NCBI GenBank assembly: GCA_963743635.1
Contig: CAVUQO010000002.1
Location: 64,001-128,000, forward strand
Source: Candidatus Babeliales bacterium
Lineage (GTDB): Bacteria; Babelota; Babeliae; Babelales; Vermiphilaceae
Length of the DNA: 64,000 bases
Direction: 5' to 3'
Of this stretch, positions 29,366 to 38,444 are shown piece by piece. The notes beneath the pieces were generated by a model. It did not search any database and had not been told where the DNA came from. It saw only the letters and a program-made list of their open reading frames with translations. Position numbers and translations under genes: made by a program. Position 1 is the first letter of the stretch. Every line of letters starts with the position of its first letter.

Positions 29366-29668
29366 ATGCAAGATTTTTATGTTTACATTCTCCTGTGTAG
29401 TGATGGTTCATTTTATATAGGACATACGGATAATATGGAAGTACGATTATCCGCACATGAACAGAAACTGTTTCCTCGTTGCTATACTGCAAAACGGCTA
29501 CCCGTTAAATTAGTATTTGTAGAAGCTGCTGCTAGTCGCTATGAAGCATTAGTGGCGGAAAGACAAATGAAAAACTGGAGCCGCTTAAAAAAACAAGCAC
29601 TCATTGATGGTGATTTAGAATTGCTTAGAAAATTAGCAAAGAGAAGAACGCCTTCTATTAAAACCTAA
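29366..29668 (+). CDS. GIY-YIG nuclease family protein (UPF0213-like)
   Basis: FYVYILLCSDGSFYIGHT, RL..H, YT..RLPVKLV and ERQMKNWSR.KK.ALI motifs. Confidence 0.93.
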   Translation: MQDFYVYILLCSDGSFYIGHTDNMEVRLSAHEQKLFPRCYTAKRLPVKLVFVEAAASRYEALVAERQMKNWSRLKKQALIDGDLELLRKLAKRRTPSIKT

Positions 29669-29706
29669 TCTCATTTATAAGAAATTATGTGTGCGAACTT
29701 TGGTTT

Positions 29707-29759
29707 GCACCCCTCGCTATTTTTCTCCCTACGGTCGGAAAAAACCTCTGGGCGAACGG
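29707..29759 (-). repeat. REP-like palindromic repeat, copy 2 (inverted)
   Basis: cccctcgctatttttctccctacggtcggaaaaaacctctgggcgaacgg is the reverse complement of copy 1 with a few mismatches. Confidence 0.85.
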
Positions 29760-29870
29760 TGAGAGGGCTATGTTTTTCAAAGATGGGAGTTGGAAGAAAT
29801 AAGTGAGAATGCATTGTTCTTCGCGTAATGCAAAATATTATCAGATTTCCAAATGTTAAAACACAGGATA

Positions 29871-29935
29871 CCCATTCCCGTTCGCCCAGAGGGTTTTTAG
29901 ACCGTAGGGAGAAAAATAGCGAGGGGTACGGGAAT
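29871..29935 (+). repeat. REP-like palindromic repeat, copy 3
   Basis: cccgttcgcccagagggtttttagaccgtagggagaaaaatagcgaggggtacggg. Confidence 0.85.
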
Positions 29936-29956
29936 AAATCAGCTTGTGATGGTATT

Positions 29957-30778
29957 TTAAATCGAATCGGCTGTATTCAACTCATTACCTTGTTGTCTTC
30001 TAAATAATGCGAGCATATGTTCCTGTATGCTCCGATCCTTTTCAAGCAATGCCTCCCGCTCAACATCGAGCGTGTATCTTGGCTTTGCAACATCAAAAAA
30101 ATCAATTAAGCCCGGAACATGAAATGCAAAAACCGGACTGCATTCATGCTTCATGAGCATGCTATGTAAGTTCGGTATCCAGCGCGCGAGTACCGGATGA
30201 TGAATGCTATAATGATCAGGTTCTTTGCCGTTGATTAATATTCTGATATTCGCAATGCGATCATGGGTAGGATATGTGCGATGACAGTACCCCAAAATTG
30301 GTTGCACGATATCCTTGAATGAAAATAAATTGTAATAATAATCAATTACGTCCATATCGGGCATGTATAGTGTGCGGTCGACCGGCGTTCCAAGGGCATA
30401 GAGTATTTTTATGCGATGATGATTATGTTCTTGTCTGCCCAATTCTTGTGAGGCCACAATCGCGACATTGCTGCCATGACTGTGCGCTACTATATAAAAT
30501 TCTGTGGTTGATGGATAACTGCGTATGAGTTTGGCCAGTGCCTTGCCCGCATTAGCGCGATGCATGGGATCAAGATAGCCAGACCAACTGAAATTGATGG
30601 TGGCGTGCCCCAGGCGTTGCGCATTTTTTTCTAAGGTGTCAAAAAAATCTCCCCCTGGAATATTCCACGAGGATGCTGTTCCCCAGGTGCCGTGCACTAC
30701 AATAAATACACCGCTCATCCTTATCGACGAGTGAGCGAGGAGTGCAAGCGCGCATAAGTAATATTTTTTTATCTTCAT
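29957..30778 (-). CDS. Secreted alpha/beta hydrolase
   Basis: VHGTW, FSWSG, AHSHGSN nucleophile elbow, LGTP; start MKIKK assumed. Confidence 0.8.
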   Translation of the reverse strand: MKIKKYYLCALALLAHSSIRMSGVFIVVHGTWGTASSWNIPGGDFFDTLEKNAQRLGHATINFSWSGYLDPMHRANAGKALAKLIRSYPSTTEFYIVAHSHGSNVAIVASQELGRQEHNHHRIKILYALGTPVDRTLYMPDMDVIDYYYNLFSFKDIVQPILGYCHRTYPTHDRIANIRILINGKEPDHYSIHHPVLARWIPNLHSMLMKHECSPVFAFHVPGLIDFFDVAKPRYTLDVEREALLEKDRSIQEHMLALFRRQQGNELNTADSI

Positions 30779-30971
30779 GGGTATAGACATAACGCTCTGT
30801 GTTTGATTTTTACAATATTTAAAAAAAATGGCCTGCATTTTGTGCTTCTGAATATGAATGTTCTCAAGAAAAAGAGGTTTGCTTTGACAATTGAGATGCG
30901 CTACTTTTAATATGTTCAGCGCTGAGTACTACAAGATGGACATTAGAAAAACGGTTAGAGGGAGTTATTCT

Positions 30972-32087
30972 ATGAAAACAGCATTGTTGAGTATGGCGTT
31001 ATTGAGTTATGGCACTTTAATGCAGGCCATGGATCTAACATTGAGTCCATTCATCCGCACTTCGCAGGCATCTCCGCAGTTGAATGGTGGAGCGGGTTCA
31101 GAAATGAATAGCGCAGTATCATCCGGATCAGGGATATCAAAAAAGTCTAAAATTCCATCTCTACAACTCAATGCAAGCTCCAAAGCGTTTTCGTTGGAAG
31201 AAGGAACAGCTGGTGTAGTTGATGAAAAAGCAGAGCAAAAGAAAAGTGCGATAAGTGAGTCGCTTGAGTTGGTACTTGCCGGTGAGAATTATTATTATGG
31301 TAACTCGGGCAAGCAACAGGATTATCTTGTGGCATATGCCCTATTTGATAGAGCCTTGCAGCGATCAGATGATCAACGAGCGGTGGCATGGGGTAACTTC
31401 TATAAAGGCACTATGCTTGCTATGGGCCATGGAGTGTCGCATGATTTTGATGGGGCAAATAACTCGCTTAAAGCGGCAGCGCGGCAAAAAGTTGACGGTC
31501 TTGTAGTATCAAAGGCAGCCTTGGCGCTTGGACGGTTATATGATAATACTGGAACAACAGAGAATGCGCGTGATCATAAATTACTGTCATCAGCCCACTC
31601 ATGTTTCTTGTACGTAATTGCCAACCCACCCGATGATGATGGATTGGCGGAAGCTCATTTTATGGTTGGTATGCAATATGAGCATGGTGATGGTGCATCT
31701 CAGAGCAATCATGATGCGCTTACACATTATCAAAAATCCGCAGCGGTGAGCCAGAGCTTCGGATATTCATCAGCAGCACGCCTTTGTATGTGCGATTTTG
31801 CCTATTCCGGCAAGGTTATACCAAAAAATAACAAATACGCGTTAAGCTTATGCGAGCAGGTTATTAAGCATACACAAGATCCTCTATATAGAATAAAGGC
31901 GAAGTTGCGACGCGGCGTGCTGTACGTTGAAGGCGATTATGGAATAAAGCCCAATATAGATCTTGCGCGTAAGGATTTGACTGAGGTCATACAGCAAGTA
32001 GATGATCTTGATGCGGCAAAAAAAGCAAAAACATGGCTCGCGTACCTTGATGCTCAGGGAATGCAAAGCAAAGAAAAAAAAGAGTAA
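30972..32087 (+). CDS. Secreted Sel1/TPR repeat protein
   Basis: Repeated G-x-x-Y-x-x-G-x-G-V motifs; signal peptide MKTALL...QA; RBS ggag. Confidence 0.8.
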   Translation: MKTALLSMALLSYGTLMQAMDLTLSPFIRTSQASPQLNGGAGSEMNSAVSSGSGISKKSKIPSLQLNASSKAFSLEEGTAGVVDEKAEQKKSAISESLELVLAGENYYYGNSGKQQDYLVAYALFDRALQRSDDQRAVAWGNFYKGTMLAMGHGVSHDFDGANNSLKAAARQKVDGLVVSKAALALGRLYDNTGTTENARDHKLLSSAHSCFLYVIANPPDDDGLAEAHFMVGMQYEHGDGASQSNHDALTHYQKSAAVSQSFGYSSAARLCMCDFAYSGKVIPKNNKYALSLCEQVIKHTQDPLYRIKAKLRRGVLYVEGDYGIKPNIDLARKDLTEVIQQVDDLDAAKKAKTWLAYLDAQGMQSKEKKE

Positions 32088-32165
32088 AATATGCCATTCA
32101 TATTTCCAAACACCTTATGTTGCGGTACATTTGAGAGTATCTCAATTTCTTTAGGTTAGGAAAAT

Positions 32166-32555
32166 ATGGTCAGCTTTTCACATACCATTTTATATGTAAA
32201 GGATATCCCAAAAGCGCTTTCTTTCTATAAAGACGCGTTCGATATCTCGCCCAAATTTGTTCATGAGAGCAATCAGTATGCGGAACTTAATACAGGGCAA
32301 ACCGTGCTCGCATTTGCTTCTGAATCATTGGCTGCCTATAACCTTCCCAATGGCTACGTTCCTCACGATGTTGCTAAATTACCGCTCGCGTGCGAAATAG
32401 TTTTTACGGTGCCTGACGTACAAGCATGGTATGAAAAAGCGCTCAAGGCTGGCGCAAAACATATCGCTGCTCCGCAGCAAAAGCCTTGGGGGCAGACCGT
32501 TGCCTATGTGCAAGATCCAAATGGTGTGCTGATTGAAATCGCAAGTCCTCTTTAA
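32166..32555 (+). CDS. VOC/glyoxalase family protein
   Basis: ILYVKD..KA..FY, PWGQTVAYV.DPNG.LIEI motifs. Confidence 0.92.
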   Translation: MVSFSHTILYVKDIPKALSFYKDAFDISPKFVHESNQYAELNTGQTVLAFASESLAAYNLPNGYVPHDVAKLPLACEIVFTVPDVQAWYEKALKAGAKHIAAPQQKPWGQTVAYVQDPNGVLIEIASPL

Positions 32556-32563
32556 GGATTCTA

Positions 32564-33580
32564 ATGAACAAGTTATTAATTGGTATGATGTTTTTGGGTA
32601 TGAATACTTTAACCAGAGCAATGCATTATAGCGATGCGCCGCAGCAAATAAGTTTCGGTAAAAGTGCGGTAGAAGCATCGTTTCGGCAAAGATTTAAAGA
32701 TTGTTCCTATCTTGATGTTGCCTATGCAAAAATTCCTGAGGAAACTATCGATCTTGATGCTCAAGATCCCCTTCAGCAAAAGCCATTGAAGGAAATTGAG
32801 CGAAAGCCTGGTCTTCCTTTTATGCTGGCGCGGGTTGCAACGGATTCATCCGTTTATTATTGCGAAGCTAATGGACTGCATAAAAAATTAGGAATAGGTG
32901 AAAACTTGTTGAATATTTCTGACTATAAAGATCCGCGCGATAATAAAACTCCTTTGCGTGCCATAAATTATTATCAGTTGAAACCTGGCGTAAGCAAGTG
33001 TTGTGTGGCCAGGCATAACATACGTACAGCATTCAAAGATTTTAAGAGCTTTCTAGATCAGCAGACTGTTACGGCCCAATCGAATATGGATCAGGTGTTT
33101 GAATCATATGAAAAATTGTTAGAGCTTCTAAAATTTGACTGTAAAGAGTGCAATGAGTGTAATGACACGAGCAGGGCATTGGGTCACATTGCAAAATACG
33201 AAAAAAGTCAGACGTTTAAGTGTCTTGCATACATATATGGCATAGGCATTGATCGTAATATGGAAAAGGGAGTAGAATTGCTTATCCCGGTATTCAAGCC
33301 GAATACAATTGCAGAGAATGGCGGTGTCCAGCCCTTTCTTGTGACAGCTTCATGGGTAGCAGGATATTATATGCAACACATTAGGTATTGTGAGCAATCT
33401 CAGAACTATGCTGCCGCCTCGCGACAATGTGATCTTTGTCTGAGGCATTTAAAAGAGTGTAGAGAGTATGGTGAGCAACAGTATCCCGTTTATTCTGATC
33501 AAATACTTGGGCTGCTAGGCGGGATGCAAGAGGTGATCTCGCATATAAAAAAAATAGTAGAAGCTAGAATTCAGCAGTAA
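32564..33580 (+). CDS. Secreted hypothetical protein (partial Sel1-like segment)
   Basis: Signal peptide ending TRA-M; LAYIYGIGIDRN segment. Confidence 0.6.
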   Translation: MNKLLIGMMFLGMNTLTRAMHYSDAPQQISFGKSAVEASFRQRFKDCSYLDVAYAKIPEETIDLDAQDPLQQKPLKEIERKPGLPFMLARVATDSSVYYCEANGLHKKLGIGENLLNISDYKDPRDNKTPLRAINYYQLKPGVSKCCVARHNIRTAFKDFKSFLDQQTVTAQSNMDQVFESYEKLLELLKFDCKECNECNDTSRALGHIAKYEKSQTFKCLAYIYGIGIDRNMEKGVELLIPVFKPNTIAENGGVQPFLVTASWVAGYYMQHIRYCEQSQNYAAASRQCDLCLRHLKECREYGEQQYPVYSDQILGLLGGMQEVISHIKKIVEARIQQ

Positions 33581-33584
33581 TAAT

Positions 33585-33851
33585 ATGACAAAACAAGAAA
33601 CTCTCAAAGAACTAAGAACTATTCCTGGTGTTGGCAAAATCATCGCGCAAGATTTATGGAATCTGGGTATTCGATCTATCGATGATTTAAAAAAGGCCAA
33701 TCCCGATACGCTCTATAAAGCGCTCTGCAAATTACAAAATACGCAGGTCGATCGTTGCATGCTCTATGTGTTTCGCTGCGCGATTTACTTTGCATCTACC
33801 AAAAATCCCGATCCAGAACTCCTCAAATGGTGGAACTGGAAAGATCGGTAA
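33585..33851 (+). CDS. Cdd1 / pathogenicity-locus family helix-hairpin-helix protein
   Basis: IPGVG HhH motif, DRCMLYVFRCAIY and WWNWKD. Confidence 0.88.
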   Translation: MTKQETLKELRTIPGVGKIIAQDLWNLGIRSIDDLKKANPDTLYKALCKLQNTQVDRCMLYVFRCAIYFASTKNPDPELLKWWNWKDR

Positions 33852-33952
33852 GTATTCGTAGAGGCCTCGCAAAAAATCTATTGCTCTTTTTGTTTGCAGT
33901 TACTAGGTTAATGGAAATATTTATTAACGCATTCTATCCAGTAAGGAGAAGT

Positions 33953-34435
33953 ATGTTAAAAACCAATCGCACGTTAAAAGCAATGGCCATCATGTGTGCA
34001 TTATTCACGGCGCAGTATATAGCTGCAAAAACGATGTACGGTTCTTATTACAGCAGAAAAAAAAATGTTATGTATATGCCCGGTGCTAATATCGCTTTTG
34101 AGAAAGAAATAATAACGCCGAATGGGATATCAGTAGATGAAACAGGCACAGAGTTTAGCATTGCAAAGCCAGGAATTTATCAAGTCTCTTTTATAATAAG
34201 AGCAAAGGCAGAATCTGCAGATAAAACAACAAAAGTTATTCTAGCTCTTAATGATATTGATCTTGAAGAAACACAAACTTCCAGTACCACTGCAGAAATA
34301 AGCAATGCAATAGGCATTTTTTTAATTGACGTGAAGAAAGCAAATAGCACTTTGTCCGTTAAAAACGTATCCAGAGGGAATGTTATTGTGTTGGATGGTT
34401 TAGATCTAACCTTTAATATTAATAAAATATCTTAA
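33953..34435 (+). CDS. Secreted C1q/BclA-C-terminal-like beta-sandwich protein
   Basis: RBS aaggaga; signal peptide; F.I.KPGIYQVSF motif. Confidence 0.55.
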   Translation: MLKTNRTLKAMAIMCALFTAQYIAAKTMYGSYYSRKKNVMYMPGANIAFEKEIITPNGISVDETGTEFSIAKPGIYQVSFIIRAKAESADKTTKVILALNDIDLEETQTSSTTAEISNAIGIFLIDVKKANSTLSVKNVSRGNVIVLDGLDLTFNINKIS

Positions 34436-34446
34436 TGCCAAAATAA

Positions 34447-34489
34447 AAAAAGAGCGGGGGCAGACTATTTAAAGTCCGTCCGCTCTTTT
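34447..34489. terminator. Bidirectional hairpin terminator (family copy 1 of 4)
   Basis: aaaagagcgg...ccgctctttt; related copies near 35682, 36543 and 37111. Confidence 0.7.
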
Positions 34490-34588
34490 AGTTACTACCG
34501 TATTAATCGTATTAATCGAGTTCGCCTTGATACTCAGGGAATACGGCGTAAAGACAAAAAAGAATAAATATGCTCCACATGTTCTAAA

Positions 34589-34708
34589 AAACCTTGCTCG
34601 TATTTGCTTCTGAATCATTGGCTGCATATAACCTTCCCAATGGCTACGTTCCTCACGATGTTGCGAAATTACCGCTCGCGTGCGAAATAGTTTTTAGGGT
34701 GCCTGACG
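34589..34708 (+). pseudogene. ~120-bp duplicated internal fragment of the glyoxalase gene (32299..32418)
   Basis: Near-identical nucleotide match with only a handful of substitutions. Confidence 0.9.
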
Positions 34709-34756
34709 GACCCAGACTTGCGTCTACGCTTTGAGCTACGTCGCACGCAGTCGCAA

Positions 34757-34845
34757 AATACTTCGACGTGTCCGAAGAAGCCCGGAGGGTGAAGACGGAA
34801 GTGTTACCTCAGGAAGTGTTTTGCTACGCCGGGCTCATCTATTCG
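34757..34845. repeat. Dispersed palindromic repeat; inverted copy of 16708..16796
   Basis: Direct sequence comparison. Confidence 0.8.
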
Positions 34846-34920
34846 ATTATGCTCTTCAAGTTAAAATAAAAGTTTTGGGCGAATAGAATCGGCGAATTGG
34901 ATTGTGTGAGGTTTGTGACC

Positions 34921-34978
34921 ATTGCCTTTTGATGTCGCATTTTGGTACTACTGGTATCAGAGTAAAAAATCTATCTTT
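34921..34978 (+). promoter_or_regulatory. Conserved sigma70-like promoter block, repeated at 35733 and 36595
   Basis: ttgcct-N18-tactac with TG extended -10, preceding each of three paralogous membrane genes. Confidence 0.65.
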
Positions 34979-34996
34979 ACGTTGAAAGGAACGCAG

Positions 34997-35665
34997 ATGG
35001 TGAATTTTGAGTGGCATGTTGTATTGCCGATTATGGTAATGAATTATGTCTGGTGGTTAATTATCGCGAGATTCTTGGTGGACTTTACCTGTATGTACAT
35101 GGCCATTAAAGATCATTTTGTAAAAGTTCTTTTTACTACATTGCTTATGAATATTGCAGTGTATTTAACGAGCTGCTTGGTGATTGAGGGTCTTTTTGCA
35201 TACACATATCCGAGCTTGGACGTATTGGGATTAGGATTGCGTCCCCTTTGGGTCTCGTTGGAGAACGGTATCAGACTGAGTATGGGCAGCATATCATTGA
35301 TTTTTATTGTGGTGGCCATCGTGGCGATTGCCGTAAACTTTGCCATTGAATATGGAGTTGCACGTCTTGCTTTTCCAGAAGTAGATCATAAGAAGTTAAT
35401 GTCTTGGTTGTTACTGGCCACATGCATAACCGTTGGATTGAGCATGCGCGCAGCATACGTAAGAGATTCGCAACGAATGGCATTTATCAAAGCTATCGAG
35501 GATGGGCTTATTGCATTGAAAGATAAGAACATGGTGCTATTCCATGAATCTTTTGGAACTTATAAAGATGGGGAAGAAGTGAACCAATATAGTCTGGCAT
35601 ACCATTTGAGGGATGTTGTAGATGCATATAAGAAAGATCGCCCTGAATCCAAAAAAAGAAAATAA
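34997..35665 (+). CDS. Multi-TM membrane protein (paralog 1)
   Basis: RBS aagga before ATG 34997; DFTCMY..K and FPEVDHKKL motifs shared with neighbours. Confidence 0.7.
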   Translation: MVNFEWHVVLPIMVMNYVWWLIIARFLVDFTCMYMAIKDHFVKVLFTTLLMNIAVYLTSCLVIEGLFAYTYPSLDVLGLGLRPLWVSLENGIRLSMGSISLIFIVVAIVAIAVNFAIEYGVARLAFPEVDHKKLMSWLLLATCITVGLSMRAAYVRDSQRMAFIKAIEDGLIALKDKNMVLFHESFGTYKDGEEVNQYSLAYHLRDVVDAYKKDRPESKKRK

Positions 35666-35807
35666 GGCGCGTATATAAAATAAAAGAGCGGAGCTGATTT
35701 TAGATAGTCAGCTCCGCTCTTTTTTACGAATTATTGCCTTTTGATATCGCATTTTGGTACTACTGATATCTGAATAAAAATCTATCTTTGTGTTGGAGGG
35801 GTGGTTT

Positions 35808-36533
35808 ATGGAATTTTTTGAATTTTTAATGCGGCTTACTGAGTGGCATTTTCTTGTATTGTTTTCAATGAACCTTGCATGTGTGTATGTAGCCGTCAAA
35901 AAAGGTTTTTGGCGTGCGGTGGGCGTTACTGGTCTTATTTATCTGGCGTTTTATTTAATTTTTTCAATTATTGCATTTTTCATTAGTTTATTCATGCAAC
36001 CTGCCGCAAAGAAAGTTCTTAATTTTACTTCGATATCCTTAGCTTCCACAGATTCCACGCCTTTGCAATCCACGTTTCCGACTGAAATAACTCCTAAATT
36101 AATAATCGTTTTTCTGGTCATGATGATTGTTGTTGGTGCGCTGCATTATGCAATAGAATGGGCCATAATGCGATTTTGTTATCCGAATCTTGATAAGCGC
36201 CGATTAGCATCGTTTGTGCTCTTAGCTGCCTTTCTTTCGTCCAGTTGGTATGGTTTGTGTGTATATGTAGGAGGCCGTACTCCGAGCTACAAGCAAGAGA
36301 ACAGGAAAGAAGCACAAGAAGACGAAAAGAGAAGATTTATTGATGGTCTCGAGCGCGGGTCTATTGAGCTCAAGATGGACCACAAAATACTTAAGGCGAC
36401 ATTTAATGAACCTTTTTATACTGATTTTTATGAATATAAAAAAGGGCAGACATATTATGTAGAAGGCACGATGCAAAAACATTTACAAGACATTGCCAAG
36501 GAATATGTTAAAAAGCCAAAGCGATCTCGATAG
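35808..36533 (+). CDS. Multi-TM membrane protein (paralog 2)
   Basis: RBS ggagg; NLACVY..KK and YPNLDKRRL motifs. Confidence 0.7.
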   Translation: MEFFEFLMRLTEWHFLVLFSMNLACVYVAVKKGFWRAVGVTGLIYLAFYLIFSIIAFFISLFMQPAAKKVLNFTSISLASTDSTPLQSTFPTEITPKLIIVFLVMMIVVGALHYAIEWAIMRFCYPNLDKRRLASFVLLAAFLSSSWYGLCVYVGGRTPSYKQENRKEAQEDEKRRFIDGLERGSIELKMDHKILKATFNEPFYTDFYEYKKGQTYYVEGTMQKHLQDIAKEYVKKPKRSR

Positions 36534-36667
36534 TTTAAAATAAAAAGGGCGTGGACGACTTTAGGTAGTTCGCTCCGCTCTTTTTTTTACGACTATTGCC
36601 TTTTGATATCGCATTTTGGTACTACTGCTATCAGAGTAAAAATCTATTTTATATTGGAGGAGTGGAT

Positions 36668-37096
36668 ATGGAAACTTTCGATTTTTTACTGCCGTTTGCG
36701 GAGTGGTCAGGTATCGCAATATTTTTGGTCAATTTCATATGCATGTATTTAGTCGTTAAAAAACATGCATTGCGCATTTTCGGGCTGATATTTTTGGTTC
36801 AGGCGATTATAGGTGTCATTGCGTATTACAGTACTGATTTTTATTTGGCACATTATAGATCAATACTCATTCTTCTGGCCATATCATCTGTGATACAATC
36901 TGTTATGCAATATGCGTTAATCCAGTTTTTCTATCCGAATGTTGATAGAAGGCGATTGCAGTTATTAACTTTGTTAGCTGTTTGCCTTTCAGTGAGTTTG
37001 CATGCGGGTAGTTTATATATACTGAATAACGCGCCTAGTGGCCCAAAACAGACTGTGCTGAGACTAGGAAGAGAGCTCGTGGAGCGATCTCGATAG
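36668..37096 (+). CDS. Multi-TM membrane protein (paralog 3, shorter)
   Basis: RBS ggagg; NFICMY..KK and YPNVDRRRL motifs. Confidence 0.7.
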   Translation: METFDFLLPFAEWSGIAIFLVNFICMYLVVKKHALRIFGLIFLVQAIIGVIAYYSTDFYLAHYRSILILLAISSVIQSVMQYALIQFFYPNVDRRRLQLLTLLAVCLSVSLHAGSLYILNNAPSGPKQTVLRLGRELVERSR

Positions 37097-37153
37097 TTAA
37101 AACAAATAAAGAAAGCGGAGCGAACTTTAACATTCGCTCCGCTCTTTTAATTT

Positions 37154-37639
37154 TTATTTTTTTGATTTGCGAGGTTTTTCGGTGACGCGAGATAGATCAA
37201 GAGAAAAACTCCCAAATGATTGAATGAGTTCTCTCGCGATAGTATTACTCTTTTTATAACATTCAAACTTTGCTATGACGTTGTCATGTTTGTCGTAAAA
37301 GAAAATAATGCTTTTTCCTGATCCGAATAATCCATGCATTTTTGATACAGGCTTTATTTCGTACGTAACCGGTTGTGGTTTTGGGGCAGCAGGATCGAGT
37401 CTCAAACGGTTGATTTTAAGGTAGCAGATATATGCCTGAGGATATTTTACCGTGATAATAGGATTGCCATCAAACGTATAGAAGGTTACATTCTTAGGTG
37501 CGCTGAGTAAGCTCGGTACTTTACCGCCTTCGTAAATTACGTATGATGCATCTGGGATAGGTTCAAAAATTGCAAACGCATGCGTTGCAAGAGTGATGGT
37601 TGCGAGTAGCGCTAAGTTGTTTTTTATAGTGAATCTCAT
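37154..37639 (-). CDS. Secreted hypothetical protein
   Basis: Signal peptide ending AFA. Confidence 0.6.
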   Translation of the reverse strand: MRFTIKNNLALLATITLATHAFAIFEPIPDASYVIYEGGKVPSLLSAPKNVTFYTFDGNPIITVKYPQAYICYLKINRLRLDPAAPKPQPVTYEIKPVSKMHGLFGSGKSIIFFYDKHDNVIAKFECYKKSNTIARELIQSFGSFSLDLSRVTEKPRKSKK

Positions 37640-37652
37640 ATTTGTCCCTAAA

Positions 37653-37746
37653 TCCTTCGCACATTTCTATCCTTCATCCTTCGTAACCTCAGGATCAGGA
37701 TAGAAACACTCAGGACGAACGGGATAAGGAATAATTTTTTATCTAT
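37653..37746. repeat. REP-like element (tccttcg...ctcaggacgaacgg) with nested hairpin inserts
   Basis: Shares internal parts and the tail aacgggataaggaataatt..tatctat with 42969..43171. Confidence 0.75.
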
Positions 37747-37816
37747 AAAAAAAAGCGGGTTTTTTAGGCCCGCCTTATTAGATTATCAAGCCGAAGCACG
37801 TTAGTGCGTAGGCGGG

Positions 37817-38242
37817 TTACTTTTGTTCTTCGAAAAATTCCGGAAAGAACATACCAAGTTCTTGTGCAGCCGTTTGAGGCGCATCAGAACCGTGGGTTGC
37901 ATTATTGCCAATGCTGGTACCAAAAATCTTACGAATGGTGCCAGGAGCAGCTTTTACTGGGTCAGTTGCGCCCATAAGATCGCGCCATTCTTGAATAGCG
38001 TTTTCTTTTGCGAGCGCCATGATCACCACAGGCCCAGAAATAATAAAATCAACCAATTCACCAAAGAACGGGCGTTCTTTATGTACTCCATAAAATGCTT
38101 CTGCAACTTCTTTACTCATGTGACCAAGTTGCATACGCACAATGGTAAATCCATGTTCTTCGATCATCGCAAGAATTTTACCCATATTGCCTGATTTAAT
38201 GGCATCTGGTTTGATCATTGCAAAGGTCAATTCTAATGACAT
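37817..38242 (-). CDS. ndk: Nucleoside diphosphate kinase
   Basis: TFAMIKPDA, HKERPFF, GATDP, PGTIR and NATHGSD motifs. Confidence 0.98.
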   Translation of the reverse strand: MSLELTFAMIKPDAIKSGNMGKILAMIEEHGFTIVRMQLGHMSKEVAEAFYGVHKERPFFGELVDFIISGPVVIMALAKENAIQEWRDLMGATDPVKAAPGTIRKIFGTSIGNNATHGSDAPQTAAQELGMFFPEFFEEQK

Positions 38243-38272
38243 AATGTTCCTTAAATTTAAATTGTCCCCTAA

Positions 38273-38376
38273 CCCATTCGATATTTTCTCTCTTATAGAT
38301 CGAAAAATCCTCAGGGTGAACGGGGAGAAGTATTATTTCCGTTCGCCTTGGTTCGATACACTCGTTTGTCGAAGGA
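38273..38376. repeat. REP-like inverted doublet
   Basis: ctcagggtgaacgg...ccgttcgcc...tgtcgaagga. Confidence 0.7.
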
Positions 38377-38400
38377 TCGAATAGGTAACGGAATATACAA

Positions 38401-38444
38401 TGCGACGCAGTGGCTTATAGTACCACTGCGTCGCACGTTTTTTT
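38401..38444. terminator. Hairpin terminator after rpsA
   Basis: tgcgacgcagtgg-loop-ccactgcgtcgca, 13-bp stem. Confidence 0.7.

Noticed and set aside
34922..34996. Shared N-terminal peptide MPFD.AFWYY in ORFs 34922 and 36596
   Set aside because: It is the translated conserved promoter block from a TTG; good RBS-ATG pairs lie downstream.
34436..37150. Hairpins between cassette-like genes as integron attC sites
   Set aside because: No RYYYAAC/GTTRRRY ends and no integron integrase; A- and T-tracts flanking the stems fit bidirectional terminators.
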